Shown here: positions 14,172 to 26,996 of the stretch, one piece after another
Layout of the letters: each line of letters begins with the position of its first letter
Position numbering within the stretch: position 1 is the first letter of the stretch
Origin: Eledone cirrhosa
Taxonomy: Eukaryota
NCBI GenBank assembly: GCA_964016885.1
Contig: CAXHJY010001264.1
Span: 1 to 26,996 of the forward strand
DNA: 26,996 bases
Reading direction: 5' to 3'
The notes under the pieces: model-generated
Database searches by the model: none
Told to the model about the DNA's origin: nothing
Seen by the model: the letters and a program-made list of their open reading frames with translations, nothing else
Program-made: the position numbers and the translations under genes

Positions 14172-14371
14172 CCGTATGTAGTTGATGGCTGATAGAAAAG
14201 AGTACTCAATAGCGAAGTAGAGTTTAAATATTCATTTTTTTAAAGACTAAATAGTGAGTCTTGTTACGCTGAAGTTTCCGCTGCTTCTCAAAGGATCATG
14301 ACACAATAACCTGTTCTTGTGAGAAACAGGTGAAACTCCAGAGTAACAAGACTCACTATTTACTCTTAATA

Positions 14372-14375
<4 letters not shown>
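14172..14375. mobile_element. Family D element: two diverged inverted HHR 3'-halves
   Basis: Imperfect inverted repeat 14248-14362; GAAA-CTC-ca-GAG-TA (GUA triplet) at 14332-14345; ACTC…TATTGAGTAC on the minus strand at ~14202-14223. Confidence 0.6.
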
Positions 14376-14416
<41 letters not shown>

Positions 14417-14501
14417 AAGATCGGAATTAAAGTATTCCGCAGTTCACAGTAATAATTTTTACACACTTCTCACTGTGTAACACACTTCTCTGTGTGTAAT
14501 A

Positions 14502-14560
<59 letters not shown>

Positions 14561-15542
14561 CAAGGAGACAACGAACGGAGGTACAAAAAGTGTTATTAGT
14601 TTCACGCTTAATATTGGAAAGAGGAAAGACAGTTCGATGTGTTGGGCATAAACCCTTTTTCAGGAGTACAAAATAGAGACAGGTTCACAACGGAGAAAGG
14701 GAGAAAAGATCCGAGTAAATACAAAAAAAAAAAAAAAAAATGGAAAATGGAAAATGAAGATTGAAAACAAGACAACCGTAAGGTAGTTTAAATTGTTTCT
14801 CGCAATCAGTTTCATCGGAGAATAGCCCAACCGATGGTCCAAGAAATGAAATATTCCACACAATTGGCTGCAGAAAGTCGCCTACTGTTTCATAATTATT
14901 TTCGACTTTCTAAAATCTTTGCAAAAATACTTTTGACAAGACGAAGACACATTTCTCTTTTATTAGACGAAAGTCTATATTTCCTTACACTCTATCGTAA
15001 CAATCAGTAACAATCAGTTACACCATCGCTTTTCTGATAAAAGAGTCAACACTTAATTGTTTACCTTTTTGGACAGATTTACAAGGCAAAGAGGCAGCCC
15101 TTCTGTGATCACTCAACCTACTAGAAATAGCAGCTAAATCTTCTTCAGGGACACATTGGTTAGTGTTTCTCTGGGATCGTTGAATATAGAGAAAAGAAGG
15201 GCTGATCATGGTTGGAAGGCCTTTCTTTGATAATAAACCTGTTTAATCATATTTAATATAGTGCGAAACTGCAACAGCAACAACAGCAGCAACAAAAACA
15301 GCAACAACAACAGCAACAACAGCAACAACAACAGCTACAACCATAACAACAACAACAACTAGATATATTACATTGACCATTCGTCCCATTAAAACCTTTG
15401 ACCTTGTCCTTATGATAAAGACAAATATTCTCCCCCCCCCCACCCTCCTTCTTCTGCTCTTCCCTCGACTCTACTTCACCGCCATCACCATACACACACA
15501 TCTACACACACACATATATATATATATGTGTGTGTTTATATA

Positions 15543-15602
<60 letters not shown>

Positions 15603-15618
15603 GATACGCACTCACACT

Positions 15619-15696
<78 letters not shown>

Positions 15697-15761
15697 CATG
15701 CACACACACACATACATACATACATACATACATATAGATATATATAGATATTAAATATTTA

Positions 15762-15797
<36 letters not shown>

Positions 15798-15840
15798 AAT
15801 AAATATATATATATACACACACACATATGTATAAATATTT

Positions 15841-15875
<35 letters not shown>

Positions 15876-16221
15876 CATACACACACATACACACACACAT
15901 ATATGTATGTATATATATATATATATATATACACACATTTGTATTATATATGCATATCTATTAAATAATTCATTTCTTCATTCCTTCTTACATCGATTCA
16001 TTCATTTATTTCACTTGCTTTCAATCCCCCCCCTCCCCCCACACCACCCCTCTCTTCCTCTCTTTCTTTCTCTATCTCTTTATTATATTCCATTGCACCC
16101 ACTTTGTTATTATAGTCGCTAAACCTTATTGTTATTACAGCTATTATTACATGCTATTGTTATTCCCGATATCATTGGACTTATTACAACACACAGATTC
16201 ACTTGCACACACACACACATA

Positions 16222-16270
<49 letters not shown>

Positions 16271-16574
16271 ATGCACACATTCACATATACATACATACAC
16301 GCAGACATACATATATACATATGCATATAGGGTCTCACATACAAGCAGACACACATACAAGAAGACACACACACATGTACAAACATATAACCGCTACAAG
16401 CAGTCATAAGCATGAGATATGCATATACACAAAATCGTAATCACCACACAAACGCACACACAAACACAACACAAACAAACACACACACACACCCATATAT
16501 ATATATATATATATGTATTTATGTATGTATGTATATAAATATAGGAAAATATTCAGGACCCCGACGGGGTGTAT

Positions 16575-16619
<45 letters not shown>

Positions 16620-16698
16620 CATATATATACATATGAGTGTTTGTATAAATATATTTGTATAAATATATATATATATGCATATATCAATATATATATAT

Positions 16699-16772
<74 letters not shown>

Positions 16773-16948
16773 ATATACATGTATGTGTGTATATACATAT
16801 ATATATATATACATATACATATACATATATATACATATGAGTGTTTGTATAAATATATTTGTATAAATATATATATGTATGCATATATCAATATATATAT
16901 ATATCAATATATATATATATATATGTATATACATGTATGTGTGTATAT

Positions 16949-17016
<68 letters not shown>

Positions 17017-17277
17017 TCACATATATATAAATATCTATGTATATCTATACATATTTATATACACGGGATATCAGTGATATTATTTTAATGCACTTATCAC
17101 ACCCTCTCATACAGCCACACACCCATACAACAGACATTCATATCATAGATATCATACAATATAGATATTATTGACATACAAGTACGCATTCACTTACACA
17201 TACACATATATCTACGTCTATGTATATGTATATGTGTGAGCGTATACACACCCACAACTACACACATACACACACAC

Positions 17278-17313
<36 letters not shown>

Positions 17314-17316
<3 letters not shown>

Positions 17317-17378
17317 GGAACCAGTAAGACCCCGACGGCTGAGCTCAAGCCGTTTCGACGGCTAATTCTAGAATTAGC

Positions 17379-17381
<3 letters not shown>
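17314..17381 (-). mobile_element. Family A fragment (stem II through stem I 3' strand)
   Basis: Near-identical to 12774-12845. Confidence 0.75.
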
Positions 17382-17466
<85 letters not shown>

Positions 17467-17469
<3 letters not shown>

Positions 17470-17626
17470 CGAAGGAAATGTGGTAAGGTACCAGGTGGAC
17501 CATAACGCACCAAAGTACTCAATAGCCGTCGGGGTCTTACTGGTTCCTACTACCCACTCTACTACCCTAAGTATTGAGTACTTTGGTGCGTTATGGTCCA
17601 CCTGGTTCCTTACCACATTTCCTTCG

Positions 17627-17629
<3 letters not shown>
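17467..17629 (+). mobile_element. Family A copy with inverted duplication of its 3' end
   Basis: 17467-17524 is the reverse complement of 17572-17629 (1 mismatch). Confidence 0.75.
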
Positions 17630-17656
<27 letters not shown>

Positions 17657-17660
<4 letters not shown>

Positions 17661-17825
17661 ATAATAATAAAATTGAAGACTAAATCCAGAGAGGGCTCGA
17701 TAAGGAAAATATATATCAAATATATAAGAACCGAAAAGCAAATATTTATTAAAATAACAGATTAAAGTTTAAGCAAAGAATCGCTAAGCAGCGATTCTTT
17801 GCTTAAACTTTAATCTGTTATTTTA

Positions 17826-17833
<8 letters not shown>
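17657..17833 (-). mobile_element. Family B copy with perfect 44-bp-arm palindrome
   Basis: Arms 17742-17785/17790-17833. Confidence 0.7.
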
Positions 17834-17878
<45 letters not shown>

Positions 17879-18087
17879 CATACACACATATATATATACT
17901 TTTGTACCCTGTCATATGTATTACAATATATAATTAATATTGCTTTCTGTAATATTCTTGCATAAGTATGCTCTGGAATGGGTTTTTTTCAAATCTTACT
18001 TCCAATGAGTCCTTTTCAGAACAATGAAATCAAGATTATTTTATTTCGATTTAATATATATATATATATATATATATTAATATATTA

Positions 18088-18279
18088 ATAATTGTTTCTA
18101 CTTTTGGCATAAGGCCAGCAATTATCCCAGTACATTACTGGTACTTTATTTTTATCGACCCCGTAAGAATATAAGGCAAAGTTAACCTCGACGGGATTTG
18201 AACTCAGACCGTAAAGGGACGCAACTATGCTAGAAAGCATGGCGTCCAACCCTCTACCGGCACTGCCAATTCCTCGCCC
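18088..18279 (-). mobile_element. tRNA-derived SINE, full length
   Basis: SINE consensus match. Confidence 0.9.
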
Positions 18280-18304
18280 TTATTGTTACTATATATATAG
18301 TAAT

Positions 18305-18500
18305 AATAATTGTTTCTACTTTTGGCACAAGGCCAGCAATTATCCCAGTGCATTACTGGTACTTTATTTTTATCGACCCCGTAAGGATGAAAGGAAAAGT
18401 TAACCTCGACGGGATTTGAACTCAGAATGGCAAGGGCCGTAACTCTATGCGTCAAAGCATGGCGTCCGACCCTCTACCGATACTGCCAATCCACCTCCCT
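18305..18500 (-). mobile_element. tRNA-derived SINE, full length (tandem with previous)
   Basis: SINE consensus match. Confidence 0.9.
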
Positions 18501-18506
18501 AATATA

Positions 18507-18822
<316 letters not shown>

Positions 18823-18846
18823 TTCTCTCTCTATATATATATATAT

Positions 18847-19000
18847 GATCCCGACGGCTGACCTCCGACCGTTTCGACAGCTAGATCCGAACTCGTCGGG
18901 GTCCTGAATCTTTTCATATTACCCACTCTACTATCCCAAGTATCGAGTACTCTAGTGGGTTATGGTCTAGCTGGTTTTTACAAAACCCTATCTGTTTATC
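18847..19000 (+). mobile_element. Diverged family A relative with an inverted HHR half
   Basis: Minus strand GAAACGG…CCGTC-GGGATC; plus strand CGTCGGGGTC…ACTCTACTATCCCAAGTATCGAGTAC. Confidence 0.6.
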
Positions 19001-19083
19001 ACTGGATCATCAGACAAGAACTTTTTAGCCTTAATAATATTGAATATTAAAACTCTACTTCGTATTAATTTGTCACGAACATT

Positions 19084-19267
19084 GGCGGTGAATTGGCAGT
19101 ATCGGTAGAGGGTTGGACGCCATGCTTTCTAGCATAGTTACGTCCCTTTACGATCTGAGTTCAAATCCCGCCGAGGTTAACTTTGCCTTTCATCCTTACG
19201 GGGTCGATGAAATAAAGTACCAGTAATGTACTGGGTAATTGCTGGCCTTGTGCCTAAAGTAGAAACA
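19084..19267 (+). mobile_element. tRNA-derived SINE with 20-bp TSD
   Basis: ATTAATTTGTCACGAACATT at 19064-19083 and 19268-19287. Confidence 0.93.
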
Positions 19268-19299
19268 ATTAATTTGTCACGAACATTACTCTGGTTATC

Positions 19300-19810
19300 T
19301 TGGCGTAAAGTTGTTGTAAGTCATGAGTCAACTTTTGTTCTATGTTGAATTCTTTAGAATATCATGCCAGACCTTATTGAAGGCCTTCTTAAACTCTGTG
19401 AAGACATGGTATAATTATTTCTGGTGTTGAAGATATTTCTTGCGGAGTGTATGGCAGCTGAATATCTGCTTAGTATTATTTCTACATTGCTTGATCCTAT
19501 GATGTTTTCTGTTTGTAGTTTCTGTCTATTCAAGATGAGTCCGAGCTTTACATTGCTTTTATGACTAATCATACTGTTAATACGGTAGTTCTAGCATAGT
19601 TGGAGGTTGTTTTTCTTGAGAAACTCTCTAATCAGAGACTGTATTTTGGATGTTAGCCACTAACCAGTCTACCAAATCTTATCGAAGATGGTCGTAAGTA
19701 TCTCTATAGTGGCTTTTCCACCATGTTTCAGCTGGAATATTGTCAGCTCCTATTGACCTTTTGTCTTTCAGCAATCTTACTGCGGCTTTAACTTCTCAAA
19801 TTATGAGGTA
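19300..19810 (-). pseudogene. Decayed RTE-clade LINE reverse transcriptase fragment
   Basis: Frameshifted peptides EVKAAVRLLKDKRSIGADNIPAE, KKNNLQLC*NYRINSMISHKSNV, KYLQHQK*LYHVFTEFKKAFNKVWH match non-LTR RT N-terminal motifs. Confidence 0.8.
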
Positions 19811-20160
19811 GTCATCCTCATATGAAGAATCCTATCCGCACATCACATTAAGGCCCTCCTCTACTTTTGGTAATTGTACAATTCTTGACAGTACTCTGTC
19901 TATCGTCCCATTATTTTTCTTTTTCTCATTAGGTTATGTTAGATCATCAAATATGAAATTTGTAGAAATTTGTTTTGTTTCTACAAATTTCTACAAATTT
20001 CATACTTAACGACCCAATATTTTTCAGTTGTACCTTTGACGATGTTAACTTTTATTTTCTTGTCTTTTCTAAGATGTTTTTCCCCAGCAGATGAATGCTG
20101 TTGCATAATTCCAAGAATTTCCGTTTTCTTTTGATTGTAAATCCTTTGAATGCAAATTTT

Positions 20161-20492
20161 CGAGGGTTGGCCGAAAAGTTCATAGGCTGACTAAGAAGGA
20201 GTGATGCTAGAGCTGTGAAATATTGCACATATTAATTTTCAACTCTTCTTATCTATCAGTAGCTGAATTTTTTCTTTCCAAGTAAACTAACATCTGACTG
20301 GCCAAAGAAAACTTCAAATGTAACTAGTAGCAAATTGTCTTAAAAATGGACAAAATCGGGCATCGTGGTGTTATCAAGTACCTGCAGAAAAAGGGGTTAG
20401 CCCCCTCGGGCATTCATGGTGACATGGTTATTACATTAGGGGATAACGCTTCAGCTTTATCAACAGTGCAAAAGTGGATGCCAAGAGTTTAA
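20161..20492 (+). mobile_element. Mariner transposon 5' end with truncated transposase (ORF 20346-20492, 48 aa)
   Basis: TIR-like CGAGGGTTGGCCGAAAAGT; MDKIGHRGVIKYLQKKGLAPSGIHGDMVITLGDNASALSTVQKW resembles the mariner N-terminal HTH. Confidence 0.75.
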
Positions 20493-20832
20493 AAATATGT
20501 TTCGGATATTTTGCAGGGAACAATGGCTAGTGGGTCCCAAATGGCAGTAAGTGATATATATTTTCCTTTGTCAGTGTTGAACAAACGAGCAACGATGGTT
20601 GCTGGACACTACGGCTTAATACGGGATGTTTGTTTACAAACACACCGAGCATTATAATAAATATTCGGTGAATCCATACGTACATATATATATATGTGTG
20701 CATGTGTGTATATATATATATACATACTACTGACTGTACGTCTGTATACATATATGTATGTACGTGTACATACTTATATTTAAGTAACAGCCGTACTAAG
20801 AGTGGGAAATGAAATTTTGTTTCATTTTTACC

Positions 20833-20878
<46 letters not shown>

Positions 20879-21011
20879 GCCTAGGGGCCGGGCTAGAGAG
20901 ACCCGCCATTCCTTATATACTGCACGGATGTCTTATGCAGGTGTCATGGCTGAGGTGTACTAAAACTGTAAACAATCGGGCGACTGAATCAAGTTAAAGA
21001 AGAGTAAACGA

Positions 21012-21052
<41 letters not shown>

Positions 21053-21239
21053 AATATATATATATATATGCATATATATATATATATATGCATTGATATT
21101 GATATATATATATCGGTAGATTCCTGAATACGCGATCACACAGCCACACACAGGCATACACGGGCACACACACACACGTACACATACGTACACACGTACA
21201 CACAAACTCACACACAGAGCCACAGCCACAGACACACAC

Positions 21240-21270
<31 letters not shown>

Positions 21271-21291
21271 TATGTGTAGACACACACACAT

Positions 21292-21363
<72 letters not shown>

Positions 21364-21573
21364 CCTATTTGACTATTTCATTGTTACAATCAGCTCTATT
21401 ATTCTCATCATTATCCATCCACTTCCTTCTCACATTCTCCTCTTCCTACTTCTCATTCTTTCATATACCTCCTCCCACTACAGCTTTCCTTCCTCCCCCC
21501 ACACTCTCACATTCTCCTCACACTTTCACTCCACTTTTATTCTATACTAATTCTTCTCTATTTCTTTAACTGC

Positions 21574-21850
21574 CCTCTCACTCCTCTTACTCCTCTCACT
21601 CGTCTCCCTCCTCTCACTCCTCTCACTTCTCTCCCTCCTCTCACTCGTCTCCCTCCTCTCACTCCTCTCACTCCTCTCCCTCCACTCCCTCCTCTCCCTC
21701 CTCTCACTCCTCTTACTCCTCTCACTCGTCTCCCTCCTCTTACTCCTCTCACTCGTCTCCCTCCTCTCATTCGTCTCCCTCCTCTCACTCCTCTCAATCG
21801 CCTCCCTCCTCTCCCTCCTCTCACTCCTCTCCCTCCTCTCCCCCTCTCTC
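21574..21850. repeat. Degenerate 9-bp repeat (CTCCTCTCA)n
   Basis: Direct reading. Confidence 0.85.
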
Positions 21851-21930
21851 TCAAGCTTTCGCTTTATCCCCTTTCTTTCATAATTACTTGTCATTTGTGG
21901 TTCATATTTTCTATCTATTTAATGTTTTTA

Positions 21931-22211
21931 TCTACCTACCTCCCTCCCTCCCTACCTCCCTACCTCCCTCCCTACCTCCCTACCTCCCTCCCTACCTACC
22001 TACCTCCCTCCCTACCTACCTACCTACCCACATACCTACCTACCTACCCACCTACCTACCTACCTACCTACCTCCCTACCTACCTCCCTACCTACCTCCC
22101 TACCTACCCACCTACCTACCTACCTACCTACCTCCCTACCTACCCACCTACCTACCTACCTACCTCCCTACCTACCCACCTACCTACCTACCTATCTACC
22201 TACCTACCTAC
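21931..22211. repeat. (CTAC/CTCC)n tetranucleotide repeat
   Basis: Direct reading. Confidence 0.92.
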
Positions 22212-22356
22212 AACCCCTGTGTAACGCCTCCCCCTATTAGGGATTTCAATTGTTATTTGTTATTGTATTAATAGTTTTATTTTCATATACCTGCATGTAA
22301 ACTCCCCATTTGTATTTGTCCCCTTCTTTTGTGCCCTTGTGGCTAATAAAGAAATT
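22212..22356 (+). mobile_element. Tx1/L1-type LINE 3' UTR fragment
   Basis: Homologous to ~22950-23068 (TGTATTTGTCCC…TTTTGTGCCCT…GGC-AATAAA). Confidence 0.7.
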
Positions 22357-22375
22357 TATCTATCTATCTGTCTAC

Positions 22376-22864
22376 CGAGGGGCTCTGTCCGTTCGAGAAA
22401 AGCTCTACAGACATGGGCGCCCGGGTAGGGACCCCTCGAAAAAGATCTGTCCCAGATGCGTACGCGACGAGGAAACTGTTGCGCACGCATTTGTACATTG
22501 CTCGGGCGTCGCCGCTCTGTGGGGCTATGTCGAACGACTGCTGTCACGAGTGGGACCAATCCGGTTGACCTCCGAGTCTATTGTAACGATCAAGCCGCCT
22601 CCTCCCTTCAAAAATGAAGGAGAGACGGTGTTTCTGTGCGTAATAGCCATGGTAAAAGAGGTTGTATGGCGGACGCGATTGAAAGGGCTGAGGTCGGACA
22701 CCATTCTCTCTGGCCAACAACTGGTCCTTTTCTCCCGATATCATTTCGGAAGAAGGATCAGGATGGAGAGAGAGGTGCTCCACCCGAGCCAGTTTTATGA
22801 AAGGTGGGTGAAAGTGGCGAGAATGGCCCGTGTGAATGAGCCTTCTCTCTACCTCAGCCTGTAG
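22376..22864 (+). CDS. C-terminal fragment of LINE ORF2 with zf-RVT-type CCHC zinc knuckle (no true start)
   Basis: Open frame containing CPRC-VRDEETVA-H-AFVH-C…LW, typical of L1/Tx1 ORF2 C-termini. Confidence 0.8.
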   Translation, partial: RGALSVREKLYRHGRPGRDPSKKICPRCVRDEETVAHAFVHCSGVAALWGYVERLLSRVGPIRLTSESIVTIKPPPPFKNEGETVFLCVIAMVKEVVWRTRLKGLRSDTILSGQQLVLFSRYHFGRRIRMEREVLHPSQFYERWVKVARMARVNEPSLYLSL

Positions 22865-23068
22865 GTGGAAAAGGATGAAGGAAGAAGGGAGCACCCTCTC
22901 TTTGTGCTCCCGAGGAGAAGGGTTGCACATTTTTTCGGGGGTGTGTGCGACCCCAAAACGCCGCCTCTCTATTGAGGACTTCGATTGTTTTATTTTATTT
23001 GTATGTAGCCCCCCCCCCCTTGTATTTGTCCCTTTCTTTTGTGCCCTGGTGGCAAATAAATAGAAACT
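22377..23068 (+). mobile_element. 5'-truncated Tx1/L1-clade non-LTR retrotransposon with 16-bp TSD
   Basis: TATCTATCTGTCTACC at 22361-22376 and 23069-23084; AATAAA near 3' end. Confidence 0.85.
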
Positions 23069-23319
23069 TATCTATCTGTCTACCTGTCTGTCTCTCCTTA
23101 TCCATTTTGCCTGGGTCTCCCACTCCCTCTTTCTTGCTCCTCACTCCATCTCTCCATCTCTCTCACTTCCCCCTCATTCCTCCTCCCCCCTCTCTCTTCA
23201 CCACCCTCTCTCTAATCTTCCCCATGATGTTCATATTCATAGACACACTCTTTCTTTTCTCCTTTTCCTTCTCCTCCACCCTCCACCCCATCATCACTAT
23301 CGTCAGGATCTCTCATCCA

Positions 23320-23514
23320 CACATCAACAACAACATCAACAGCAACAACATCAACAATATATCAACAGCAACAAGCATTACCACCGCCACCACCACCACC
23401 ACCATCACCACCACCATCACCACTACCACCACCACCACCACCATCACCATCACCATCACCACTACCACCACCACCACCACCACCATCACCATCACCATCA
23501 CCAACATCATTATC

Positions 23515-23545
<31 letters not shown>

Positions 23546-23861
23546 CCACTACTACCACCACCACCACCACCACCCATCAGCATCATCATCACCAACATCA
23601 TTATCACCACCATCACCACCACCACCACCACCACCACCACCACCACCACCACCATCATCATCATCACCACCACCACCACCACTACCACCATCATCATCAT
23701 CACCAACATCATTATCGCCACCACCACCACAATCATCACCACCACACCATCATCATCATTATTGTTATTATTGTTATTATTATCATCAATGCGAGAAACA
23801 ATTGCTATTATAATTCATGTTATTGTTGCTATTGTTGTAGTTACTATTATAGTTATTATTG

Positions 23862-23865
<4 letters not shown>
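23320..23865. repeat. (CAC/CAT)n then (TAT/TGT)n compound repeats
   Basis: Direct reading. Confidence 0.9.
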
Positions 23866-23902
<37 letters not shown>

Positions 23903-24447
23903 ACAACACAAATATATACACACACACACACATATATATATGTCTGTGTGTATATAGATATGTATGTGTGAATGTGTACATATAGTTATTAATACATGAA
24001 TGTATGTGATTATGTTTGTGTGCGCACGGGTATTATATTTGTGTATGTGCATATATATATATATGTGTGTGTATATATATATATATGTATATGTGTGTGT
24101 GTGTGTGTCTATGTGTGTGTGCCTCTGTGTGTGTGTGTGTGTGTCTGTGTCTGTCTGCGAGTGTATCAATTCGTTTTATTGTTATTTTCCAAGACATTCA
24201 GATATTTTCGTTGTGCTTATTGTGAATGGAAGGAATAGAAAACCGGAATATGTGACATTCATGTTTGACAAGGTAATAATGGCCGCTACACATTTGAATG
24301 TAATGCGTCACGTCTCAGAACTAACCGGATGTAAGACACACACGTGATGGGGTATTCGTGACCAGATAAAAGACGGTTTCACACATTCAAAAATCCCAGC
24401 ATCTTTAGCTTAGAAACGAACCGAAAAATTTGGTGTGATTCCTACTC

Positions 24448-25240
24448 TTGTTGTTACTGTTGTTGTTGTTGTTGATAGTATTGGTAGAGGTGATGGCGAT
24501 GGTGGTGGTGATGGCACTGGTGGTGATGGCAATGGTGGTGTGGTGGTGGTGGTGGTAATGGTGTCGGTTGTGGTCGAAGTGTCATTGCTGTTTTACTTGT
24601 GGTGTTAGTGATGTTGGTGATGATTGTGATGGTGGTGGCGATTGTTGTTACTCTTGTTGATGTCGCTGCTGTTATTGTTGCTGTTGATAGAAGTGCTGGT
24701 GGTGGTGTGGTGGTGGTGGTGGTGGTGGTTGTGGTGTTGGCCATGTTAGTGGTTGTGGTGACGACGGTGGTGTCGGTTCTGGTCGAAGTGTCATTGCTGT
24801 TATACTTGCGGTGTTAGTGGTGTTGGTAATGATTGTAATGGTGGTGGCAATTGTCGTTGTTGTTGTTGTTATACTTGTGGTAGAAGTGGCTATTATTGGT
24901 TTTGGTGGTAGTGGTGGTGGTAGTGTTGTCATTGTTGTCATGGTAGTGGTGGTGGCGATCGTTGTTGTTGAGGTGTTGGTGATGATATTGATGTTGGTGA
25001 TAGTGATGGTGATAATAGTGGTGATGGTGATAGTGATGGTGATGATAGTGGTGATGGTGATAGTGATGGTGATGATAGTGGTGGTGATAACTGTTGTATC
25101 GGTGGTAATAGTGGGGTAGTAATGGTAGTGGTGTTAGTGGCTATCGTTGTTGTTGTTGTTATGGTGGTGGTAATAATAATTGTTGCGATAGTAGAGCTGG
25201 TTATTGCTGTGATCGTTGTTATTCGTGGGAGTGATGATGG
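24448..25240. repeat. (GTG/GAT/GTT)n compound repeat with an internal ~90-bp duplication (~24559 and ~24768)
   Basis: Direct reading. Confidence 0.88.
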
Positions 25241-25369
25241 CGTCAAGATTATTCTAGTCGCTGCTGTTTAACCACAGGTCAGTCCCGAACGAGCAGATCT
25301 ATGATCAACATCGTCAAAATGCGACCAACCATTCTTTTAGGCGTATCCAGGACCACGTTATGATGCAAT

Positions 25370-25540
25370 GCAGACATACCCGAAGGCTAAGCTGTTTGTT
25401 TCGCGAACATGAGGTATCGGGTTCAATTCCGCTGCGTAACATCCTAAGGGTGCACGCGCGCCTGTGTGTATGTGGAATTCTCAGCCACCTACACGTTAAT
25501 TTTACGAGAACACTCATCGTCGAAACCGACGAAGGTCCAT
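25370..25540 (+). mobile_element. Old tRNA-derived SINE-like remnant (second family)
   Basis: B-box-like GGTTCAATTCC at ~25420; family assignment is from memory of octopus repeats only. Confidence 0.4.
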
Positions 25541-25879
25541 TTAATTCCGTCGATAATTAGTACACCAGTGTCATTTTACTCATAGAGTCTATGTTATATA
25601 TGAGGCGACAAATTGACAGACAGATTATACAGCCGTATTAAAGGTCCCGGTATTTGTTCTTATATGTGTGAGAGATATCCGGATTAAGGAAGTTTATAAC
25701 TCTTTAAGAATATTCCTTTGTATTTCTTCTACACAATTGGATTATATTATTGTTGTTGTTGATTTTGTTGTTACCCAAAACATGCGAACTTTTAGCAGGT
25801 TTTTATGAAGCTGCATCCCATTTAAGGTCACATATGGTAAATTGATAGTCTACCGGCTTATATTTTCATTTTTCTATTA

Positions 25880-26046
25880 CCGTATTTCCGGCGCTGAAGA
25901 CGCTTCGTCCTCGAGGACGTACCCTAATTTTGACAACCAAAAATTTGAAACAAAATAATGAACAACGTTCGGCCTCCAGGACGCATGGTAGATTTTTATG
26001 ACTTATTTTAGGAAAAATGTAACGTCTTCGACGCCAGGAAATACGG
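25880..26046. mobile_element. pogo/Tigger-like MITE, 167 bp, TA TSD
   Basis: TA-CCGTATTTCCGGCGCTGAAGACG … CGTCTTCGACGCCAGGAAATACGG-TA imperfect TIRs; internal GGACG repeats. Confidence 0.8.
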
Positions 26047-26079
26047 TATTTCTTTTGTACCATCCTCACAATGAAGATA

Positions 26080-26200
26080 GTTAATTTGCCTTTCATCTTT
26101 AAGGGGTCGATAAAGAAAGTACTAGTAACAAACTGGGGTAGATTTAATCCACTTTCACTTCCCCTTCAAATTGCTGGCCTTGTGCCTAAAGTAGAAACAA
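26080..26200 (+). mobile_element. SINE 3' part, long variant
   Basis: TTGCCTTTCATC…GGGGTCGATAAA…AATTGCTGGCCTTGTGCCTAAAGTAGAAAC. Confidence 0.8.
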
Positions 26201-26996
26201 CTGTGATACTTGTTGGTGATGATGTAGATGTGGTGATGGTGATTGTTATATCAGTGGTCATTGTGGTGGGAAACAGAACAAATACCACAAGCGAAGTAAT
26301 TCAGCGTTCTAATTAATGACTGTCATTTTGCCGTGATTGGTTGACTTAGTTGACACCAATATGGCCGCCTCTTTTTTTTTTAAGCTGTTGCTTAAGGTTT
26401 ATTAGACTTCAGCTGTTAAAATCTCATCCAATGCATTGTGAGAAGTTTGTTGTTTCACACGCAGGCACACATGCACACATACAAACACAGACGTATGCGT
26501 GCACATACACACACACGCACACATACATGCCACGCACACGCACGATGAACACACACGCACACACACGCACACATGCACATACACAGACACGCACATACAC
26601 AAGCGCGCACGCATGCACACACGCCCACTGGCAGACAGATACACACACGCACACACGCACACACACACACACATATATATATATATGTGTGAGTGTGTGT
26701 GTGTGTGTGCGTGTGTGTGTGTGTGTATCTGTCTATGTTTATTCTATCCTTTAAAGTATAAATCTTTTTAAAAGATCAGCAAAATATGTTGCTTTTTGAT
26801 TTCCTTTTTGATTTTCTTTTGATTTTGTTTTTGTTTCGCTATACATCCCCCCTCCGACCATCACTACACCCCATCACTACCCCCCCACAATCACTACACC
26901 TAACACCGCCCCCCTCTGTCGCATTTTAACACATTTAGAATATGTGGAGAGAATACGACAATTTAAAACTGTTAGCGGAATTAAATGTAAACAGAA

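Noticed and set aside
16585-16950. ~205-bp tandem duplication in microsatellite debris; family A scrap at ~16540-16571
   Set aside because: Ordinary slippage or duplication; too little unique sequence to interpret
17467-17629. MITE with 58-bp TIRs
   Set aside because: The arms are an inverted duplication of the family A 3' end; the copy at 12774 has a different inverted segment, so these are not fixed TIRs
21558-21894. RGG/RS-rich ORFs resembling RNA-binding proteins
   Set aside because: Product of the 9-bp CT-rich repeat
24190-24275. Possible exon ending GACAAG|GTAATA
   Set aside because: No recognisable peptide and an ambiguous acceptor

Overview
This is eukaryotic, microsatellite-dominated, AT-rich non-coding DNA. 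The recurring tRNA-derived SINE resembles octopus (cephalopod) SINEs as I recall them, which is an inference. No intact host gene is visible, and almost all listed ORFs are translations of (TA)n, (CA)n, (GA)n or trinucleotide repeats. Recognisable elements are about 10 copies or fragments of one SINE (one with a 20-bp TSD), a 5'-truncated Tx1/L1-type LINE with a 16-bp TSD, decayed RTE reverse-transcriptase pieces, a mariner 5' end, a pogo/Tigger-like MITE, short LTR-like TG...CA pieces and a 34-bp minisatellite. The main unexplained signal is a set of short (about 150-350 bp) islands embedded in (TA)n tracts that carry type I hammerhead ribozyme (HHR) folds. Four folds are essentially complete: 3438-3508 (+), 8396-8434 (-), 8802-8844 (+) and 12537-12601 (-). 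Several more survive as half-ribozymes inside long palindromes whose turning points fall on the ribozyme's own stems. Most islands also share a downstream RCTC...TRTHGAGY hairpin. Together this looks like a diverse Penelope-like/retrozyme-like system that targets (TA)n and generates fold-back DNA at ribozyme stems. Ribozyme activity and mechanism are inferred, not shown.
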